Shown here: in pieces, positions 56,100 through 64,000 of the stretch
How the letters are laid out: every line of letters starts with the position of its first letter
How positions within the stretch are numbered: the first letter of the stretch is position 1
Position numbers and translations under genes: made by a program
The notes under the pieces: generated by a model
What the model saw: only the letters and a program-made list of their open reading frames with translations
Databases searched by the model: none
What the model was told of the DNA's origin: nothing
Source of the DNA: Octopus vulgaris
Taxonomy: Eukaryota
Assembly: GCA_951406725.2 (NCBI GenBank)
Contig: OX597837.1
Coordinates: forward strand, 7,440,001 to 7,504,000
Length of the DNA stretch: 64,000 nucleotides
Reading direction: 5' to 3'

Positions 56100-57250
56100 A
56101 TGAGAGGAGAGAGAGTGAGGAACTATGAGTGTGTGTGTGTGTGTGTAGGAGGGCTAAAAAAAATACCATGCAGCCCATATGATGGAGAAGAGGAGTGGAA
56201 GACTGATGAGGAGGGGTGGGAAGAGATAGAGAGAGAGAGAGAAAGGAGGAGGAGGAGGAGGAAAGTAGGAATGGGAGGTGGGGTGGTTTATGTGCATGTG
56301 AGAAAGAGAGAGGGGGAGGGAGAGACAGAAAGGAGAGAGAGAGGTGAGAGAAAGGGAGGAGAAAAGTTAAGTCCAAGTCACATTGTATTCTCTAGAGAGA
56401 GAGAAAGGAAGGAGAAGAGGGGGGGAGAAGGAAGAGAGAGAGAGAAAGAGGAAGGAGAAGAGAGGGGAGGAGGAAGAGAGAGAGACAGAGGAAGGAGAAG
56501 AGAGGGGGAGGAGGAGGAAGAGAGAGAGAGAAAAGTTAAGTTCAAGTCACATCCTATCCTCAGAGAGAGAGATAGAGAGGGAGTGTGCATGTATGAAAGA
56601 GAGGAAGAGAGAGAAGGACAGAGAGATGCTTTTAATAACAGGAAGTGAGACTTAAGAAGAGAGAGAGACAGAGAGAGGAATGCATAGGATCCTTTGTGTG
56701 TGTGTGTGTGTGTGTTTAATTGGTGTTACAATTAGAGGAAAGGAATAAGTGTGAGGAAGAATAGAATGCTGTTGAGTGTGGAGAGAAAGTTTTGAGAGTT
56801 GAATGGGGGAGGGAAGAAAGAGAGAGGATATAGAGAGAAGAGCTAGATGAGTATGAGAGAGAGGGGGGAGTATCAGGGAAAGTTTGAGAGAGAGAGTTAG
56901 AAGAGTGAAAGACAGAGAAGGATGAAGGAAAGGTTAGAGAAAGTGAGAGAGAAAGAGATGAGAAATAGGGAAGAGAGGAGAATGAGGGGAGAGAGAGGAG
57001 AATTAGGGAAAAAGAGAGAAAGAGGAGAATTAGGGAAGAGAGAGAGAGAGAAAGAGAGGAGAATTAGGGGAGAGAGAGAGAGGATATAGAGAGAAGAGCT
57101 AGATGAGTATGAGAGAGAGGGGGGAGTATCAGGGAAAGTTTGAGAGAGAGAGAGTTAGAAGAGTGAAAGACAGAGAGAAGAATGAGGGAAAGGTTTAGAG
57201 AAAGTGAGAGAGAGAGAGAGAAAAATTAAATGTGGCTGATGGAGGGAGAG
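56100..57250. repeat. GA-rich polypurine tract with an internal duplication of about 260 bp
   Basis: Strong purine strand bias; 56820-56955 recurs at 57075-57215. Confidence 0.9.
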
Positions 57251-58031
57251 AAAGACAGTTTTTGTATGTGTATGAGTGTGAGTGTGTGTGTGTGTGTGTT
57301 TGTGTGTGTGTGTGAGTATGAGTGTGTGTGTGTTTTGACATTCAATATGGAAAGATTAAGATTGAAACTAAAGAAAGTGATAAAGACATCAATGGCGGCG
57401 GCAGGGGGAGAGTAGTAGTGAGAGCAAATACTAAAAGAGAGAAGCATAACAATGAAAAGTGTGTATGTGCACACGTGTATGTGTGTGTGCATGTGTGAGT
57501 CCCCATGCATCTGTATATATGTGTGTACATCATCATTAACATCATCTTTCATTGCTGGCATGGGACTAACAGGTCACCATAACTCAACTCAGAATCTTAG
57601 CCAGAGGTACCCCCGCCCGCCCCAGCAACACCAATTAGTTGCTATTATGTTAAACTGTCGTATTTCCGAATTTGGCCAAATGCGTTTTTTCTAGCAAAAG
57701 CCGGTTATTTCGGTCAAACTACTGTATCTCCAGCTACTTCAGATGCCAAGATATCAAAACTTTTCAAAGTTTAAGCACAAAGGTTTTGCTATGGAATGGT
57801 AAAACTATTTTATTCATTTTCTGACAAAGCAACGTTTTGGACTCACTACACTTTTGCCTAATAACAACAAATTGAAGGCACACACCTCACTCAAGCATTT
57901 TATTTTCACCATAGCTTCTATGGCTGGATACTCTATCTAAAATTCAACCACTTAACAAAGTGTAATGAGTTCATTTTATAATGGCACCAGCACTAGAGGG
58001 ATCACCAGGTCCTCAGCAATGCTAAAAGATC

Positions 58032-58429
58032 AGATCTTTTCAGTTTGAACAGCAGTTTTTAACATAATTTCTAGGTAACTGAGAAATTTTAAACTTCGTA
58101 TACTGGTAGAATGTGTTTATGAAACATCTTTTTCTCTTGGCTTTATTGAGAAAATTCTATAGTTTGTAAGATATTTGTTGTTTTTCTTCTTCAATTTCTG
58201 CAATTTCAACCAATTCTGTGCCGTATGAATGTATCCCTCATTTAAGAAACAGATTGGGTTTATTTACTTTTGTAAAGAAAAAAAGATACCCTTCCCCCAC
58301 CCCTAACCCTAACTAACTCTAACCCTAAAACAGATTGAAATGCAATAGATCGATTCTAGGGTCATAATTATGGGTGACAATTTCATATGACACCGCTAGA
58401 AAAAACTGCCTTTCAAACCGAAAAGATCC
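58032..58429. mobile_element. Non-autonomous DNA transposon, Merlin-like
   Basis: About 28-bp TIRs (GGATCTTTTCGGTTTGAA...), 8-bp TSD aaaagatc/agaagatc, and internal CCCTAA repeats. Confidence 0.7.
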
Positions 58430-59042
58430 AGAAGATCTTCAAAGCATTATCTTGTTTCCACATATTTAGAGAATGCACACTTTATCAAAGCATCTGTGTT
58501 GTCCTGTGGTTGCTTGCAAAATTTAAGAGTCCTCATTATTATACATTGCCTCTGTTTGATCATGGCAATGTGACCAATGGTGTGTAAATAGAAAAGGCAG
58601 CAATGGAGGAGACAAAGGGAGTGAAGGAAGAGAAACAATGATGGTAGCAACATTTTTTTTTTTTTAATATGTTACTGAGCAGATGACAGAGAGTAGTAGA
58701 GATGAAGGATGGTAAAAGACGGAGATGAATGTGAATAATGATTGACATTTTTTAATGTTGATGCTAAGAGTAAACATATCTATACACAGAAAAAAAAAAA
58801 AAAAACAGAATTAGGGGTAATTTCAAAAGGGAATGAAAAATAAAATGGTAAATGCCTTTATTTTTCATTCCCCTTTGAAATTACCCCTAATTGTGGTTTG
58901 GATTTCAACTACTCCTTCTAGCGGGTTAGATGTCCGATTATGGCCATCTGTTATGTGTTTAAATGTACACTGTATATGTGTGTGTCTGTGTGTGTATATA
59001 TTTATATATGAAACACCTGTGCCTGTATATATATATATATAT

Positions 59043-59238
59043 AACGGGAAGGTTTACAAAAATAAACAAAAGACGAAGGCAGGTGGAGTACAAACAAACA
59101 AATGTATTAGTATGGCGCTCAGGAAAAGAAATAGAACAAGTCTTTTACGTTTCGAGCCTACGCTCTTCGACAGAAAGATACACAGAAAAGAAACAAGGAG
59201 AGAAAAAAAATGCGTGTAGGAGCTAACGATCTATCATA
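59043..59238 (-). mobile_element. About 190-nt hammerhead-bearing Penelope-like element, same family
   Basis: Colinear with 50357-50540 along its length; flanked by (TA)n and (CA)n. Confidence 0.7.
59142..59177 (-). ncRNA. Minimal hammerhead with variant core CUGUCGA
   Basis: CUUU-CUGUCGA-A-GAGC-GUAG-GCUC-GAAA-CG-UA-AAAG. Confidence 0.7.
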
Positions 59239-59744
59239 CACACACATGATGGGCTTCTTTCAGTTCCCATCTATGAAATCCACTTACAAATCTTTGAGCT
59301 ACCTAGGGTTACAGAAGACAGTTGTCCAAGGGGCCACTCAGTGGGACTGTGCTTGGAACCATGTGACTGGAAAGCCAGCTTCTTACCACACAGCCACACC
59401 TGCCTCAAACATTATAGACAACAAAGGCTTTGTGAGTGGATTTGGTAAATGGAAACTGAAAGAAGCCTGTTGTATATCATCATCATCATTTAACATCCGT
59501 TGTCTATGCTGGCATGGGTTGGAAAGTTTGACTGGGCTGGCACACTGGAAGGCTGCACCAGACTCCAGTCTGATTTAGCATGGTTTCTATGGCTGGATGC
59601 CCTTCCTAACACCAACAACTCCAAGAGGGTTATGGATGCTTTTACGTGTCACCAGCACGGGTACCATTTGGGTGACACTGGGGTGCATTTATGTGCCACC
59701 AGCAGAGATGCCAATTTGCATGACACTTGTATCTGCCACAACTG

Positions 59745-59796
<52 letters not shown>

Positions 59797-61438
59797 ATAT
59801 ATGTATATATATGTGTATATGTTTGTGTCTCTGTGTTTATTTCCACCACCATCACTTAACAACTGATGTTGGTATGTTTACGCCCCTGTAACTTAGCGGT
59901 TCAGCAAAAGAGACTAACAGAATGAGTACCACGCTTACAAAGAATAAGCCCTGCGGTCGATTTGTTCGACTAAAGGTGCCGCTCCAGCATGGCCACAGTC
60001 AAATGATTGAAACAAAAGAATATATACACATTACATTACGAACACAAACACCTACACACACACAAAGTCAAATGCACGCATATACCTAAGAAGCCATGTG
60101 TTTTCTTAATTAAACAATTAATTGGTGATTAATTTAGGTTTGTTCAAAAGGAAAATATGTTTGATTAGTTTTCAGCATGGCTGTGTGGTCAAGAATCTTG
60201 TTTTGCAACCATATGGTTTTGGATTCAGTCCCACTACACTGCACCCTGGGCTAGTGTCTTCAGACACACTGGATAATGTAGCCCTAGATACACTGTGACT
60301 TATGGAAATAGCAAAGAGAGAGAGTCATAACTGGAAAACACCTGATTGTAAGTCTTCCGAATCAAAGCCAACCGAGCGTTAAACAACACCTACAACAACA
60401 ATTACTACTACATGTAAAAGTGCATGGCTCAGTGGTTAGACCATCAGGCTCACAGCCATGAGGTAGCAAGTTCAATTCCTGGACTGGGCTGTGTGTTGTG
60501 CTCTTGAGCAAGACACTTTATTTCACGTTACTCCAGTTCACTCAGCTGTAGAAATGAGTCGCAACGTCAATGGTGCCAAACTGTGTCGACCCCTTTGCCT
60601 TTCCCTGGGATAACATCGATGGTGTAGGGACAGGAGGCTGGTATGCATGGACAACTGCTGGTCTTCCATAGATAACCTTGCCCAGATTTGTGTTTCAGAA
60701 GGGAACTTTTCTAGGTGCAATCCCATGGTCATTCGTGGCCTTTACCCTTTACATGTGTACATGAAAGAAAGAGCCACCCCATGGTTGCGTCACTTGCTAA
60801 ACATAGCAACCACATCTCCCTCACATCAGACAATACTGTATAATCACAACTTTAAAGGAGACGAGACAACGATTGATAAAGGTAATAATGGTTGTCAATC
60901 TTTGGCCTCAGGACCAGCAGTTTTTGAGGGGTGGGAGCTGATTACATCAACCCCAGTATATGACTGCTACTTATTTTATAGACCCTGAAAGGATAAAAAG
61001 GAAAAGTTGAACTTTGTGGAATTTGAAATCAAATCACGAAGGCATACAAACTACTTTGCCCAGGATGTTCACAATTCTGCCACCTTAGCAACAACAACAG
61101 CAACAATTCTTTCTACTATAGGCATACGGCCAAAAATTTTATAGGGAGGTGATTAGTTGATTCCATCAACCCCAGTACATGACTGCTACTTGGCCTAGAA
61201 AGGACAAAAGGCAAAATCGACTTCAGCAGAGTTTGAACTCAGAATAAAGAGATAAATGCAATGTCACTAGTATCTGTGAGGTAAGTAGCTTTGTTACCAG
61301 CCACATGGTTCCAGGTTCAGTCCCACTGCATGGCATCTTGGGCAAGTGTCTTCTACATTAGCCTCGGGCTGACCAAAGCCTTGTAAGTGGATTTGGTAGA
61401 CGGAAACTGAAAGAAGCCCATCGTATATATATATATAT

Positions 61439-61853
61439 ATACAAATAAATGAAAGAATGGAGTTGAACGACGAATTAACAAAATTCCTTTATTTTCGACA
61501 TATGTTTCGAAGGCTGCATATTCCTAATTTCGAAGGAATAAGGGGTGCATTATGCTGCCTTCTCATCAGGAAAAACAAGGATGAGAAGGCGGCATAATGC
61601 ACCCCTTATTCCTTCCAAATTAGGAATATGCAGCCTTCGAAACATATATTCGAAAATAAAGGAATTTTGTTAATTCGTCGTTCAACTCCATTCTTTCATA
61701 TATTTGTATTTAAAAAAACACACAAATTTCCACACGAAAGCACGTGATTTCTGCCCTAGGCATGTAGCTTCAACCGTGTTTTTCTGACGTGAATTTGCTA
61801 CCCAGGTATCGGTTAACCGAATTATCCATAATAAGATAATTCATTCAACTACT

Positions 61854-61856
<3 letters not shown>
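61439..61856. mobile_element. Fold-back hammerhead element inserted in the internal (TA)n of a SINE
   Basis: About 129-bp inverted arms (61439-61567 / 61580-61709) plus a roughly 150-nt unique tail, between (TA)n tracts. Confidence 0.75.
61492..61574 (-). ncRNA. Type I hammerhead ribozyme, intact core, extended stem II
   Basis: UUUUC-CUGAUGA-GAAGGCAGCAUA...UAUGCAGCCUUC-GAAA-CAUAUG-UC^GAAAA. Stems I and II pair, stem III is palindromic, and the cleavage triplet is GUC. Confidence 0.85.
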
Positions 61857-61892
<36 letters not shown>

Positions 61893-62188
61893 ATAATAAT
61901 AATATGTATGTATGTATGTATGTATATATGTTTGCGTGTCTGTGTTTGTCCCCCCAACATCTCTTGTGTTTGTCCCCCCAACATCTGGTGTGTTTACGTC
62001 CCTGTAACTTTGCAGTTCAGCAAAAGAGACCCGATAGAATAAGTACTAGGCTTACAAAGAATAAGTCCTGGGGGTCGATTTTCTCAACTAAAGGCGGTGC
62101 TCCAGCATGGCCGCAGTCAAATGACTGAAACAAGTAAAAAAGTAAAGAGTATAACATTGATAGTGTAAGCTGAATACTAAAGGGTTAA

Positions 62189-62404
62189 CCCATTAGCATT
62201 GAAACAAGTCGTATAGGGGCCAAAATATTTAACCCTGAATTATGCACAAACTGGCCTGATCTGGCCTCTCACCTCAACCCCACAATGCCATTCTAAGACT
62301 AAACTATAGCAGCATTGAAATCTGGAAACTTCAAGAGGATGCATCTGTATTTCAAAATATAAACAAACATTCTATTCTGACAGATTAATCCGAACGCTAG
62401 AGGG
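62189..62404. mobile_element. piggyBac-like MITE
   Basis: TTAA|CCC...GGG|TTAA with short TIRs. Confidence 0.7.
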
Positions 62405-62450
62405 TTAAACAACAATTGCTACTACTACCACAACCACCACCACCACCACT

Positions 62451-62482
<32 letters not shown>

Positions 62483-64000
62483 CACTACGACTATTACTGC
62501 TACCACCACCACGACTATTACTACTACTACTACCACCACCACGACTATTACTACTACTACTAGAACCACTACCACTACCACCACTACTACCACCACCACC
62601 ACCACTACTACTACTACCACTACTACTACCACTACTACCACCACCACCACCACCATCACTACTACTACTACTACTACTACTGCTGCTACTTTATGAGAGA
62701 AAGAGCCCCATCTTGGTTGCTTCAATTATAAAACAAAGAAAACCAATTCTTTATACAATGCAATTTGTGCTTTTATTATGTTTTTTTAACTTATCATCTT
62801 AACCCTCAGCATTTTACCATTTAAACAGGCCTCCTCCTCATCATCATCATCATCATTTAATGTCCGTTTTCCATGCTGGCATGGGTTGGGCAGTTTGACT
62901 GAAAACTGGTAACCTGGAGAGCTGCACCAGGTTCCAATCTGATTTGGCATGGTTTCTACAGCTAGATGGTCCTTCCCAATGCCAACCATGCCAAGAGTGT
63001 AGTGGGTGCTTTTTACGTGACACCAGCACAGGTGCCAGTTATGAGATACCAACCTCAGCCATGACTACAATCTCACCTGGCTTGAAAGGTATTTTCAAGC
63101 ACAGCATATCGTCAATGGTCTCAGCCACTTGTCACTGCCTCTGTGAGCGCCAAAATTCAATGGGTAGTTTTTACATGCCAATTGCAGAGGTGCCAGTTAC
63201 GAAACACTGTCACTGGTCACAGCTACAATCTCACTTGGCTTGACAGGTCTTCTCAAGCACGGTGGATCACCAGAGGCCTTATTCACTTATCACAGCCTCC
63301 CTGATGTTCAAAGTTTGAAGGGTGGTTTCTATGTGCCAGGTATGCAACCCCAGCATCAGCCTCAACTACGATCTTACTTGGCTTGACAGGTTTTTTGAAG
63401 GACAGTATTTGGCCAAAGGTCTCAGTCGCTTGTCACTGTCTCTGTGAGGCCCAACATTCAAAGTGTGCTTTTTACGGGCCACTGGCACAAGTGCCAGTTA
63501 TGAAACACTGGCATCAGCCACAACTACGATTTCACATCCAGTCAACATATTCTGTTTTATGTTCAAAGTGGCCAGTTCCTGCCTCTCACACTTACCCTAC
63601 AATGTCATTCTGAAATAAACATTCACATCATTGACAACTTGAAGCTAAAGAAAATGCTTGATTGATTCAAAACAATTTAAACAAGAGTACTGAGAGAGTG
63701 CAGACCTCTGCCAAGGTAACGGCAATGTCCTCTGATCAAAAAGAGATAATTTTTAAAATGAGAATAATATCTGAAATAAACTCTACTGATCTCATAAATG
63801 AGAATACTAAAAATGAACCTGACCACTCTCAAAAATTAAGTAAAAAATCAGGAAAAATAATTCAGAAATTTTGTCCAGTACTGGATTGATCCCAAAATCT
63901 AATCAGTTTGTGCCGGTTACGAGGCGAAACATCCCTAAAAGCTTCATCCGAATCCATCCAGCAGGTCTTGAGATATCTTGTCCACTGACAAACAATACCT

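Larger units (their letters stand above)
61275..62150 (+). mobile_element. SINE family A split by the fold-back hammerhead element
   Basis: 5' half 61275-61424 and 3' half 61930-62150 are in the same orientation. Confidence 0.85.

Noticed and set aside
58295-58330. True telomere
   Set aside because: Only a few imperfect units, internal to a transposon.
1-64000. Numerous ORFs rich in YI, CV, HT, poly-V, poly-M or poly-D
   Set aside because: They are translations of (TA)n, (CA)n, (GAT)n and (GGT)n microsatellites.

Overview
Eukaryotic, AT-rich, microsatellite-saturated DNA. The SINE and LINE repertoire is typical of an Octopus genome (inference). Most of the window appears to be intron of one large minus-strand gene, probably Rbfox/Fox-1. 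The evidence is a phase-0 79-codon exon starting HMVQ (9274-9510) and a candidate first coding exon (54708-54797); the RRM exons would lie beyond coordinate 1. Nearly all ORFs in the track are microsatellite artefacts. The only other real coding remnants are RTE, CR1 and Tx1-like LINE fragments and a mariner fragment. The most unusual signal is a set of about nine type-I hammerhead ribozyme folds from several families of short Penelope-like elements. These sit in (TA)n tracts, often the internal microsatellite of the commonest SINE. Some carry a recurrent CUGUNGA core variant and some are paired with inverted copies of themselves. Also noted: candidate microexons and poison exons with long AG-free acceptor zones, a cluster of four co-oriented CTCF-like motifs, two SINE-LINE tail partnerships, SINE multimers with a fixed hairpin junction, and a 250-bp near-perfect palindrome. 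All calls are by eye; no searches were run.
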